Part shown: piece after piece, positions 1 through 8,882 of the stretch | How the letters are laid out: every line of letters begins with the position of its first letter | How positions within the stretch are numbered: the stretch's first letter is position 1 | DNA from: Promethearchaeia archaeon | Lineage (GTDB): Archaea > Asgardarchaeota > Lokiarchaeia > Sigyniarchaeales > SOKP01 | Reading direction: 5' to 3' | Length of the DNA stretch: 32,000 nt | Assembly (NCBI GenBank): GCA_046497275.1 | Contig: JAWOFX010000057.1 | Location: forward strand, 30,001 to 62,000 | The notes under the pieces: model-generated | Database searches by the model: none | Told to the model about the DNA's origin: nothing | What the model saw: only the letters and a program-made list of their open reading frames with translations | Made by a program: the position numbers and the translations under genes

Positions 1-2
1 AC

Positions 3-74
3 ATAAATTTATATCGGAGAGATAAGACAAAAGCTAAGAGTCTGGATCTTAATGGAGAAACCCATTTGTTTTAA
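3..74 (+). CDS. Possible 3' end of a gene entering from the left edge (INLYRRDKTKAKSLDLNGETHLF*)
   Basis: The frame starting at position 3 is open to TAA at 72-74. It is too short to identify. Confidence 0.3.
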   Translation: MNLYRRDKTKAKSLDLNGETHLF

Positions 75-127
75 TGCAATTAATCTTTATTTCAATTTAA
101 ATTAATAATTTAAACCATTACTATAAA

Positions 128-1090
128 ATGAAGAGAAATATCCAAGAGAGATATTTAAGCATTGATATTTTTAAAGGATTAATAATCTTGTTAATGGTGT
201 TTGTTAATACTTTATCGATTTTTGATAATGTACCATCTTGGACCAAACATGCTCCAGATTACGGTCTTACTTATGTTGATTTAATTGCTCCGTTTTTTAT
301 ATTTATGATGGCCTTAAATTCAAATATCTCTTTTGAAAAAAGAATCGAGAGAGACGGCTCAAGAAAAACATATTTTCATTTTATTCAACGTTACTTGATA
401 ATAACTGGGATTGGATTGCTCTTGACTATGAATCCTGAATCAATTTTTCTATTTCGTTGGGGGATTTTGCAAGTTCTTGGGATTTCAGGATTAATTTTAA
501 CGGTATTTATCAAGTTTAAAATTATAATCCAATCTGTTGTAGCTTCTATCTTTATTCTAATCCATCAATTAATAATATTATATTTTTTTGGGAACCATAT
601 CTACAATGCCATTGAAGGCGGATTTTTCAGCTCACTGGGGTGGGGATCAATTATACTCTTCTCTTCGGTGTTGACTAAACATTTCTCATTTGATTCGAAA
701 AACAAATATTTCATAATAGGAGGAATCATCTCTCTCTTGATAGGGATGTTCACATCATTAATATGGGGAATAAGTAGGTTTCGAATTACACTCCCTTTCG
801 TTTTTATAAGTATTGGAGCATCTTCTTTATTATATTATTTATTTTATTTAATATTTGATAGATGGGAAAATAATTATGATTTTTTTAACCAAGAAAATTT
901 TCTGAGTATTATGGGAAAAAATTCTTTTATCTTATTTATCCTTCATATCATCATTATTAATATTTTATATTATGTAATACCGCTTAATATTGATACTTGG
1001 CTTGTTTTTATCATAGGATTTTCCCATGGAGCAACAATTTGGCTTTTTTCTTATTTTCTCCATAAATTTGAGATCTATATAATTCTTTGA
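128..1090 (+). CDS. Polytopic membrane protein, HGSNAT/DUF5009 (heparan-alpha-glucosaminide N-acetyltransferase-like) family
   Basis: N-terminal RYLSIDIFKGLIILLMVFVN, WTKHAPDYGLTYVDLIAPFFIFMM and RWGILQVLG match the family pattern. There are many hydrophobic helices. Confidence 0.75.
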   Translation: MKRNIQERYLSIDIFKGLIILLMVFVNTLSIFDNVPSWTKHAPDYGLTYVDLIAPFFIFMMALNSNISFEKRIERDGSRKTYFHFIQRYLIITGIGLLLTMNPESIFLFRWGILQVLGISGLILTVFIKFKIIIQSVVASIFILIHQLIILYFFGNHIYNAIEGGFFSSLGWGSIILFSSVLTKHFSFDSKNKYFIIGGIISLLIGMFTSLIWGISRFRITLPFVFISIGASSLLYYLFYLIFDRWENNYDFFNQENFLSIMGKNSFILFILHIIIINILYYVIPLNIDTWLVFIIGFSHGATIWLFSYFLHKFEIYIIL

Positions 1091-1130
1091 TCTATTATTC
1101 TCTCAATTTTTATAAAAAGAAAAATGAAAG

Positions 1131-1142
1131 TTGTTCGCAATA
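1131..1142 (+). promoter_or_regulatory. Candidate regulatory motif TTGTTCGCAATA (copy 1)
   Basis: An identical 12-mer lies at 3396-3407. Both copies are intergenic and upstream of small + strand orphan genes. Confidence 0.35.
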
Positions 1143-1217
1143 CTATAACAAACAAGTAAAAAAAAAGATCTACTTTTTAGTATTTATTATTTTTTGTAAA
1201 CTAAAGAGGTTAAGAAT

Positions 1218-1484
1218 TTGTTTAACTCAAAAATAACTCAACCAGATTTAACCGAAAAAGCATTGAAAAATTTTGATAATATTAAGGAAGCAATCAAAGG
1301 AATTTATGAAATTCTAAAAATTTCTATTCCAGAAAAAGATTTTTATCTAAAAGTGGGTGTAGATAATATCACAGCATTATATCAAAATATTCTTGAATTA
1401 GCCTCTAATGAGTTAGGATTAAGAGAAATAATGCAAAGATTAGAGAATTCTGAAATTGAGCTTGATATTCCGTTGGATCTCTAG
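1218..1484 (+). CDS. Small acidic helical hypothetical protein
   Basis: 88-aa ORF with a TTG start preceded by SD-like GAGGT (1206-1210). Confidence 0.7.
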   Translation: MFNSKITQPDLTEKALKNFDNIKEAIKGIYEILKISIPEKDFYLKVGVDNITALYQNILELASNELGLREIMQRLENSEIELDIPLDL

Positions 1485-1523
1485 TTCTGAATAATAAAAA
1501 AATATTAGTAGATTTATTAAAAA

Positions 1524-2147
1524 TTATTTTAAAATTTTGCCTGTTTCTAAGTACCATAAATATAAATCTAATTCCGCCATATTTAACTCTAGAGTTTCTC
1601 CGAGTTCTTTTAATACCTCTTCTATTTGTAAATAATTCTTTTTTGTCATTGTTTTAGGGCGTCTTACTAATTCATGGCGCTCAAGCAAATCTACAATGTG
1701 AAAATCTACAATGGCATAATCTTTATAACCGATATTTCTTAGAAAATGACTACTTTCTTTATATCCTAAACCTTTAATATTTTTTACAACCCAAGATCGT
1801 AATTCATCTCCTCTTAAAGAAATTAAGGCATCCTCTAATTGTTTGATATAATTTCTGGATTCGGTTATATAATTTGCACGTACATTTGGAAATCGATAAC
1901 CTAAATCTTTGAAGGTAGCAGAAAGTTCCTCCTCAGATAGAGTGAGAAAATCTTCTCCTATTGTTTCATGGATTTCGATACAACGATCAGCAGGGCAATT
2001 TGCAGTCATAATACAAAAACATAATTCTTGGAAAATTTGATTAATGTGCTTATCTTGAAATTTAGCAAATTCTTCTATGCGCTGGTCTACTATTGATTTT
2101 ATTTCATTAATCTTAAGATTCTCAATTTGGCTTATAAGATCATCCAT
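1524..2147 (-). CDS. ogg: N-glycosylase/DNA lyase (8-oxoguanine DNA glycosylase, archaeal Ogg type)
   Basis: ELCFCIMTAN, GYRFPNVRA, the HhH motif KNIKGLGYKESSHFLRNIG, AIVDFHI, and C-terminal LDLYLWYLETGKILK. Confidence 0.92.
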   Translation of the reverse strand: MDDLISQIENLKINEIKSIVDQRIEEFAKFQDKHINQIFQELCFCIMTANCPADRCIEIHETIGEDFLTLSEEELSATFKDLGYRFPNVRANYITESRNYIKQLEDALISLRGDELRSWVVKNIKGLGYKESSHFLRNIGYKDYAIVDFHIVDLLERHELVRRPKTMTKKNYLQIEEVLKELGETLELNMAELDLYLWYLETGKILK

Positions 2148-2281
2148 TTTTTACGCTAATTTTTTATAGTATTAATTTCTAGCCCTTAATCGTAATAAGT
2201 TCATTTTTAATCTCAAAAGAATTTTAAAAAATTATTACTTAGATAATATATTAAGAAAAAAATTATATCAAAACAAAATTT

Positions 2282-3286
2282 ATGCCCCAAAAACAAAAGG
2301 TAATCGTTCTAGGTTCCTTGGCATTCGATTATATAATGGGATTTAATGAGAAGTTTATAAATGCAGTTTTTGTCGATCATGATAAGGAAGAATATCAATC
2401 CACTATAACTGCTGATTCAAGAATTCAATATTACGGTGGTACAGCCGGTAATATTACATATAATTTAGGTTTATTAAAAGTTGGACATGTTTCTTTAGTG
2501 GGATCTGTTGGAAAGGATTTTGAAAGTCTTGGATACAAGGATCATATCACTCTATTTGGTAACGTTGAGCTTGGAATAGATATACACGAAAATGATTTTA
2601 CTGCCTCATGTTATATTGTAAATGATATCAAAGCAAATCAGATGATTATTTTTCATGGGGGCGCTCTTAATAAGTGTAAAGATATTAACTTAAAAGAAAA
2701 GATAGCAGATCCGGAAAATTACTTATATGCGATTAATTCCACCCAAAGTGTTGAAGCTATGGCAAATTTTGCGGACCAGCTATATGAATTAGGCATTCCT
2801 ATAATATTTGATCCAGGCCAAGTCACTCCTCTGTTCCCTAAATATGCATTAATTGAGATTATTAAAAAATCCAACATTTTAATTGGAAATAAACATGAGA
2901 TAAAGCAAATGATAAAGAAATCAGAAATGTCTAAAGAACAATTAATGGAATTTGTAGACGCGATAATTACCACTAAAGGAGCGGAAGGATCAGAATTATT
3001 ATATAAAGATCAAGAAGAACGTACCTATACCATCGAAATTCCCATAGTAAAACCCAAACAAATAACAGATACTACTGGTGCTGGAGACGGCTATCGTGCG
3101 GGAATCTTAACGGGTTTAATGCTCAATTTTACTTTAATTGATGCCTGTAGATTAGGTTCTGTTCTTGCATCTTTTGTTGTGGAGACAACTGGAGCACAAA
3201 CTCAAAATTATGATATTTCTAAAGTTAAAAAACGATTTTTAGAGACTTATAAATATATCCCAAACGAATTAGAAGGGATTAAATAA
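2282..3286 (+). CDS. PfkB/ribokinase-family kinase, probably a nucleoside (adenosine/inosine-guanosine) kinase
   Basis: GSLAFDYIM, GGTAGNI, DPGQ, and the PfkB signature DTTGAGDGYRAG. Confidence 0.88.
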   Translation: MPQKQKVIVLGSLAFDYIMGFNEKFINAVFVDHDKEEYQSTITADSRIQYYGGTAGNITYNLGLLKVGHVSLVGSVGKDFESLGYKDHITLFGNVELGIDIHENDFTASCYIVNDIKANQMIIFHGGALNKCKDINLKEKIADPENYLYAINSTQSVEAMANFADQLYELGIPIIFDPGQVTPLFPKYALIEIIKKSNILIGNKHEIKQMIKKSEMSKEQLMEFVDAIITTKGAEGSELLYKDQEERTYTIEIPIVKPKQITDTTGAGDGYRAGILTGLMLNFTLIDACRLGSVLASFVVETTGAQTQNYDISKVKKRFLETYKYIPNELEGIK

Positions 3287-3395
3287 AATTATCAAATCAA
3301 TTATAGCTTTTGCTCAAAAATATTTTTCAAATAAATCCTCTATAAGTGGGAATATTTGGGAAACCCTCTTATTTATTATTTATTAACGAAAAAAT

Positions 3396-3407
3396 TTGTT
3401 CGCAATA
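3396..3407 (+). promoter_or_regulatory. Candidate regulatory motif TTGTTCGCAATA (copy 2)
   Basis: Exact match to 1131-1142, about 95 bp upstream of the ORF at 3501. Confidence 0.35.
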
Positions 3408-3500
3408 AGATCACATAAATAAGTTAAAAAAAATCAATTTTTAAATAATTTTTTATATTTCATATATAAGCTTCACTTTGCCTTAATACAACCATTTAAT

Positions 3501-3803
3501 ATGTCAGAGAATGATACTATGTCTGAATCAGAATGTTATAATCGGATTATAGATTTCTTTCAGAAGGATACAAACGATAATGAGAAAATTGAAATTTGGA
3601 AAAATAGATCTTATATAAAATTAATGCATAAATTAAGTGATGAGAGGAGTAAAGTTTTAGCGAAAAATGCTATTATCTTAATCTTAAACTTATTTGAAAA
3701 TTTTCCTCCAGATATATATAATAATATGGGGGATAAATTAGAACATCTAGATTCTAAAGAAAAACAAAAAGTACTTTCTCAATTAAAAAAGGAAGCTTTT
3801 TAA
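3501..3803 (+). CDS. Small hypothetical protein
   Basis: 100-aa ORF with an ATG start that fills the intergenic space. No motif was recognised. Confidence 0.7.
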   Translation: MSENDTMSESECYNRIIDFFQKDTNDNEKIEIWKNRSYIKLMHKLSDERSKVLAKNAIILILNLFENFPPDIYNNMGDKLEHLDSKEKQKVLSQLKKEAF

Positions 3804-3944
3804 TATCTGCATATACTCATAGATTTTTGAATATAAACCATTCATCTTCTTATATCATAATTTAAAACCATAAAATAAATGTGTTAAAATAATTTTCTTA
3901 AATTAGGGAATAAATCATAAATAATTACTAAAGATCATAAGTTT

Positions 3945-4547
3945 ATGAGTAAAGAGGAAGAGCTTCGATTTGAATGCACTAAATGTGGAAGGTGTTGTAG
4001 TGATGAAAAAACCCTAGTAAATGTGACTTATAATGATATTTTAAGAATAAAAGAAGCTTTAAATCTTAATTTAGATGAAATCAATCATATTTTAGCTTTT
4101 TATATTTTTGATCATGAACCAACAGAAGAGGATAAAAAAAAAATGGTCATCTCCCCTGTTGAAACAGAAAGAGGATTGGCATTTGCGGGATTGAGAAAGA
4201 GACCAGATGGATCGTGTTACTTTTATGATAAAAAAGAAAAGAAGTGTCTGATTTATAAAGCAAGACCTAATTTTTGTAGGACTTTTCCCTTTTCATTTGA
4301 AGTAATTGAAGAGGATCTCGGTATAAAAATGAAATATACCGAAAAGGGTAAAAAGTATTGTCCTGGAATTAATGATGATTCCCCTCTTATTAATAAAAGT
4401 AAATGGCTCGAACTTGGAAATAAAACTATTGAAGATTTAAATAAAAATTATTTTGTTATGAAAAAATGGAATGAGAAAGTAAGAAATGAAAAGATTGAAG
4501 CATCTGTTAAGAATTTTTTAAAAATGATATTAAATGAAAATAATTGA
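3945..4547 (+). CDS. YkgJ-family cysteine cluster protein (Fe-S/Zn binding)
   Basis: FECTKCGRCC, then CYFYD...CLIYKARPNFCRTFPF, and a later CPG. Confidence 0.88.
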   Translation: MSKEEELRFECTKCGRCCSDEKTLVNVTYNDILRIKEALNLNLDEINHILAFYIFDHEPTEEDKKKMVISPVETERGLAFAGLRKRPDGSCYFYDKKEKKCLIYKARPNFCRTFPFSFEVIEEDLGIKMKYTEKGKKYCPGINDDSPLINKSKWLELGNKTIEDLNKNYFVMKKWNEKVRNEKIEASVKNFLKMILNENN

Positions 4548-4568
4548 ATTATTCTTCCTTCCCAAATC

Positions 4569-5678
4569 TTATTGTATAAAAGAGTAAAATCTAAAACTCG
4601 CTAAGAGTGCCCAAAAGAGCATCCTTAATTCTAATAACCAAGCGATTTTATCTTTATTCCATGAGAAATCTGTATCCTCAATATCAGAATTAAATATTCG
4701 AGTCGAATTCATTAATTTATCTAATAAGCGCTTAACGAGTTGATTTTTATCATTTTTTAAATTTAATAAATCAATTGTTAACAATATTCTGGCAGTTCCA
4801 GTTATAGATAATTTTTGAAGTTCTAAGTTATCGAAAGTATTTATTATTAAATCTTCATAATTATTTTTCATATCATTTAAAATCTCTTCTGAGTCTAATA
4901 TTTGAATACATGAAAAAAATTCGTAATAATCAATAGTTGGATCAAAGTTCTCAAGGGAACTTATATCAAAATCTCTTATTTTATTAAAGATCTCATCACT
5001 ATCTAATTCTATACGAAAAAATTTTCTGTTTAACACATTAACGGAATTTAATGCATAATAATTGATATGTAATTTCTCTGGTTTAATTCGTTCCAATTCA
5101 AATCTAAGAAAATCTTCGATTTTATCAAAATCAATTAATTCAGAACTCTTATAATAATCAAATTCAGATAATATTGAGAGACCAAGAAAAATACTCTTTA
5201 CGTCAGGTACTTCCGTTTCTGAGGAAACAAACATTCCAGAATTTATATGATCTTCTAAGATTGTAAGAATCTTTTCCAAGTCTAAATTGAAATCCTCTCC
5301 AATTATTTTATATATTGAAATATAATAATAGAAACTTTCTAAGCTTAGATTTTCAAGAAAATTCGTGATTGAATTCTTAAAATTCGGAATATTGATGTCG
5401 AATTTATTAAGAACTCTTGGACTAAGAGTTGGAAGATTTCCAAAATAATTGATAAACGAATTTGATTTTTTCACTCTTACTTTAGCCCCTTTTTTTTCTT
5501 TGGAATTTTGCGTGAGATCCTTCGAATCGTCCGATTGATTTAATGAAGATTTAATATCTGTTTTTAGAGTATTAAGATTATCCCGGATTGCTTGCTCCAA
5601 TGATTCTATAAGTTCCAATTCGTTATCTTCAGATGTATCATTTAACTTTTTTTTCTTCTCTTCCATATAACAATACAC
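4569..5678 (-). CDS. Hypothetical alpha-helical protein, possibly a degenerate prenyltransferase-like alpha/alpha toroid (likely start ATG at 5666)
   Basis: Charged low-complexity N-terminus. SGMFVSSETEVPDVKSIFLGLSIL resembles the GGF...PD..xT..AL repeat. The ORF track start at 5678 is a GTG. Confidence 0.45.
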   Translation of the reverse strand: MYCYMEEKKKKLNDTSEDNELELIESLEQAIRDNLNTLKTDIKSSLNQSDDSKDLTQNSKEKKGAKVRVKKSNSFINYFGNLPTLSPRVLNKFDINIPNFKNSITNFLENLSLESFYYYISIYKIIGEDFNLDLEKILTILEDHINSGMFVSSETEVPDVKSIFLGLSILSEFDYYKSSELIDFDKIEDFLRFELERIKPEKLHINYYALNSVNVLNRKFFRIELDSDEIFNKIRDFDISSLENFDPTIDYYEFFSCIQILDSEEILNDMKNNYEDLIINTFDNLELQKLSITGTARILLTIDLLNLKNDKNQLVKRLLDKLMNSTRIFNSDIEDTDFSWNKDKIAWLLELRMLFWALLASFRFYSFIQ

Positions 5679-5936
5679 ATCGAATATATTATTCTTCTCT
5701 ATAATAATAGTGATTAGATATTGGCATTAATATTTTTTTTTATTTACAAAAGAGAAATAAAAAATTAAATATGAAGCAATCAACATCTAAAATATCTAAT
5801 TTCATAAATAATATTATATTTAACTTTAATAATTTATCTTGAATCTGAGATAATAGAGAAATATAAGAAGTTCTTAAAAATTAACATTTTTATCAATTTT
5901 ATCATTTTACTTATAATTTTTCCTAGATTATTTTAC

Positions 5937-6683
5937 TTGTCGAGATTAGCCTTGATTAAATGGAATAAATTTGCCGAGGATTATCATAATAAAAGGAGAA
6001 AACCTTGGAATGCTTTTAAATCATTTTTTAATGAAACCATCAATCAAGGATATACATTTAATGGTCTAATCATAGATTTAGGTTGCGCAAATGGTAGACA
6101 TTTCTCAGTTCTTAAAAATGATAATAATAGAATAATCGGAATCGACAATTCCATTGAATTTTTAAAAATAGCTAGAGAAAATTTACCTAAACGCGAAATA
6201 AAAGACTTTAATATTAATAATATTAATTTACTTTTAGCTGACATATCTAAATTGCCCCTAAGAGATAATTCTATAAAACATATTATTTCTGTTGCAGCCC
6301 TCCATCATATTATGACAAAAAAAGAGAGGAGAGAAACTTTTGATTATCTCCATAAAATATTAAATTATGGCGGGTTCCTATTAATTTCCGTCTGGAGAAG
6401 ATGGCAAAAAAGATTTAAAACACATTTCATAAAGAATTGGATTAAGAGAAAACTAATAGCAAGCTTTAAGAAGGATCAAATTAATAAGGGTTTGATGGAT
6501 TTTGGTGATATTTTTGTTCCTTGGACAATCTCGTCAGAGAATAACACAATCAACCGTTTTTATCATTTATTCTCCTCTAAAGAACTTCATAATTTACTAA
6601 ATGAATTTAAAATTATAAAATTTGAAAAAAGAGGAGGTCCTGGAGCAGAAGATAATTTTTTTGTATTAGCGCAAAAAAAATAA
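5937..6683 (+). CDS. Class I SAM-dependent methyltransferase, Trm9/ALKBH8-like (tRNA wobble uridine carboxymethyl methyltransferase homolog)
   Basis: SAM motif IIDLGCANGR, plus Trm9-type elements YHNKRRKPW, SVAALHHI..KER, LISVW, DIFVPW and RFYHLFS..EL. Confidence 0.75.
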   Translation: MSRLALIKWNKFAEDYHNKRRKPWNAFKSFFNETINQGYTFNGLIIDLGCANGRHFSVLKNDNNRIIGIDNSIEFLKIARENLPKREIKDFNINNINLLLADISKLPLRDNSIKHIISVAALHHIMTKKERRETFDYLHKILNYGGFLLISVWRRWQKRFKTHFIKNWIKRKLIASFKKDQINKGLMDFGDIFVPWTISSENNTINRFYHLFSSKELHNLLNEFKIIKFEKRGGPGAEDNFFVLAQKK

Positions 6684-6689
6684 ATATGT

Positions 6690-7181
6690 TTAATGGCAAA
6701 TAATGGATTTATATGATTCTATAACATAGGGTCTGAAATTCTCATATAATTCAGCAATTACATTTGTGTGAAGGGAAAATAGCCTTTCAGAAATATCACA
6801 ATAAAAAATACCATGAACAGCATTTTCCGCATAATATCTTTTTCTTATCATTTTACTTCTATTTCCATACCAAAATGTGAATTCGTGAGAACGAACCCAA
6901 TCGTTTTCCTTATTTGTGATAACCATATTTATTGCATTATATACATCTATTGATCTTTGTACTTCTTTGTAATGAAGAAAATCAATTCTTTTCTTAGGTT
7001 CCCAACTTATTTCCATTTTTGCATTTGAACCCCAATATTCATCATAATCGTTATGGGAATGCAAAATGATGATTCCTTCTTGCTCATTTCCTTCGAATTG
7101 AACCTCTTTAAACCAAACTGGCATTCTATTAATGGTTAAATTTGCTTCATCCTTTTTATAAACGTAATATGTATATTGCAT
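6690..7181 (-). CDS. Conserved-looking hypothetical protein, possibly PsbP/Mog1/DcrB-like fold
   Basis: 163-aa ORF with a beta-rich pattern, YCDISERLF and a C-terminal SIICH. The fold guess is weak. Confidence 0.55.
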   Translation of the reverse strand: MQYTYYVYKKDEANLTINRMPVWFKEVQFEGNEQEGIIILHSHNDYDEYWGSNAKMEISWEPKKRIDFLHYKEVQRSIDVYNAINMVITNKENDWVRSHEFTFWYGNRSKMIRKRYYAENAVHGIFYCDISERLFSLHTNVIAELYENFRPYVIESYKSIICH

Positions 7182-7339
7182 GTTATTATTTAAGAATAGA
7201 AATTATTAGTTAATGAGAATTCTAACTTATCATTAAAATAGTGTGAAACTATAAAAAATTTCACATAGACTTCTGAAAAATATAGAAAAAGTAAAGATCC
7301 CTTATAATCAAATGATTAAGAAAATGTTTTTATATAAAT

Positions 7340-7915
7340 TTATTCTAATAGTTCTTTTGCCTCTTTAATCCACCCTTCAATTGAATCTACAGATGCTCCA
7401 TCTATCAAAGTAGCTATGTCTTCAGGATTTTCTTTTATCAAATCATTTACGGAATTAACTCCAATTTCCTTAAATTTTTCCTCGGTCTTAGGACCTAAAC
7501 GATGTAATTTCGTCAAGGGGATTAATTTTTCTTCAGATACTTCCTTACCCTTTTCTTTTGGCTTTTTAGTTACTTTCTTTTTCTCAATTTTTTTCTCTGG
7601 CGTCATTTTTTTCTCTTCTAATTTCTTCTCCTTTTTCCTCTTTTCTTTAGGTCTATATGGAGTTCTTTTCTTCTCCTTTTTCACAAAAGCCTCTCGTTTA
7701 GATTTTTCTTTTTTAGGGACCTCTAATTGATTTAGCTTTTCAATATTTAATTTATGAGCTGATTGTCGCCTATAATCGATTTTAATTCCTAAATCTTTTA
7801 TTTGTTCGAGTTCTTTGTTTGATTTTTCAATTTCAGCCAGTGAGAATCCGTCTCCTTCTCTTAGATGATGATCACGTGAAGGTGATTGAACTATTGATAC
7901 TAATTCTTTTTCCAT
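7340..7915 (-). CDS. rpl13e: 50S ribosomal protein eL13 (L13e) fused through a Lys/Glu-rich linker to a C-terminal helix-hairpin-helix domain
   Basis: REGDGFSLAEI...LGIKIDYRRQSAHKLNIEKL is the eL13 core. The C-terminal LTKLHRLGPKTEEKFKEIGVNSVNDL...WIKEAKELLE is a DUF4332-like HhH. Confidence 0.85.
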   Translation of the reverse strand: MEKELVSIVQSPSRDHHLREGDGFSLAEIEKSNKELEQIKDLGIKIDYRRQSAHKLNIEKLNQLEVPKKEKSKREAFVKKEKKRTPYRPKEKRKKEKKLEEKKMTPEKKIEKKKVTKKPKEKGKEVSEEKLIPLTKLHRLGPKTEEKFKEIGVNSVNDLIKENPEDIATLIDGASVDSIEGWIKEAKELLE

Positions 7916-8106
7916 GATATAAACACGCTTTTTATGGTTAATAAGCTATTTATGATAAAGCTTTAAGATTTTTATTTTTTTCTGTTCGTATAGAATTTCA
8001 ATAAAAAGTTTCATCAAATTTAATCTAATAATAAAATCTAATTGAATTATAAAAAAGCAAGATTAGGTTGGTGGATAAATTAATATTTGGATTTCTTATG
8101 ATAAAT

Positions 8107-8748
8107 CTATCGTTTAATAATTTCTAACTCTTCTAATTTCTTCAGAACTTCATAAATTTCCATCTTAGTTTTCTCGAATTTTCGAGATATTTCCAGAGGA
8201 GAATTCCGGCCATCACACTTCAATGCCACCAAATATTCAAGATCATTAATTATACCCATGGAACGTATATTTTCTAAGACATTTTTGATTATAATCAATT
8301 GAGGATATTCTTCGGCAATTTTACCTCCTATTGTAATGATTTCTATATCAGCATCAAACGTTTTAAACTTAGTCTTATCATTATCATTTCGAAAATTTTC
8401 GATTTCTGATTTATGCTTCTTCCAGAATTTATTTCCTATTTTTTGCATCGCTTTCTTAATACTCTCAATATTATCATCTGCATCTGAAATTGAGCATATT
8501 AAGATCCTAGAAGGAAAATGATATAATATCACCATGGTCGAACTTTCAGCTTCAATTATGCGTATTACTTCATCTAAATTCCGTCCTTTTTCCATAGCTC
8601 CATGGATATTATCGATTATTTTATTAACTTCGTTAAAAAAGTTAGGTAAGACTTCCTTTTCGATCTCATCTTTTGAAAACTTTTTAAGTGTTGTATCTAA
8701 AATCGCAATTCCACTATCCCCATCGATTAGAAAAATTTTATAAATCAA
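8107..8748 (-). CDS. Longin-like domain plus C-terminal winged-helix protein
   Basis: TTG start. IYKIFLIDGDSGIAILD, ILCSISDADD and IGNKFWKKH fit a longin pattern. CDGRNSPLEISRKFEKTKMEIYEVLKKLEELEIIKR fits a wHTH. Confidence 0.6.
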   Translation of the reverse strand: MIYKIFLIDGDSGIAILDTTLKKFSKDEIEKEVLPNFFNEVNKIIDNIHGAMEKGRNLDEVIRIIEAESSTMVILYHFPSRILICSISDADDNIESIKKAMQKIGNKFWKKHKSEIENFRNDNDKTKFKTFDADIEIITIGGKIAEEYPQLIIIKNVLENIRSMGIINDLEYLVALKCDGRNSPLEISRKFEKTKMEIYEVLKKLEELEIIKR

Positions 8749-8882
8749 ATTTAAAAGCTGTAGATCGAAATTTATTTATAAAAATAAAGAAAATTCATCC
8801 TTATAATTGATACTCAAAGTAGGAATATATAATAATTTGAAGTTTTATTGAAAGTATAAGAACTAATTTTGGGATATTAAAT

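Noticed and set aside
128-1090. HGSNAT homolog as part of the lysosome-like theme
   Set aside because: The family is widespread in bacteria and archaea, and the gene lies over 15 kb from the CD36/Rag cluster.
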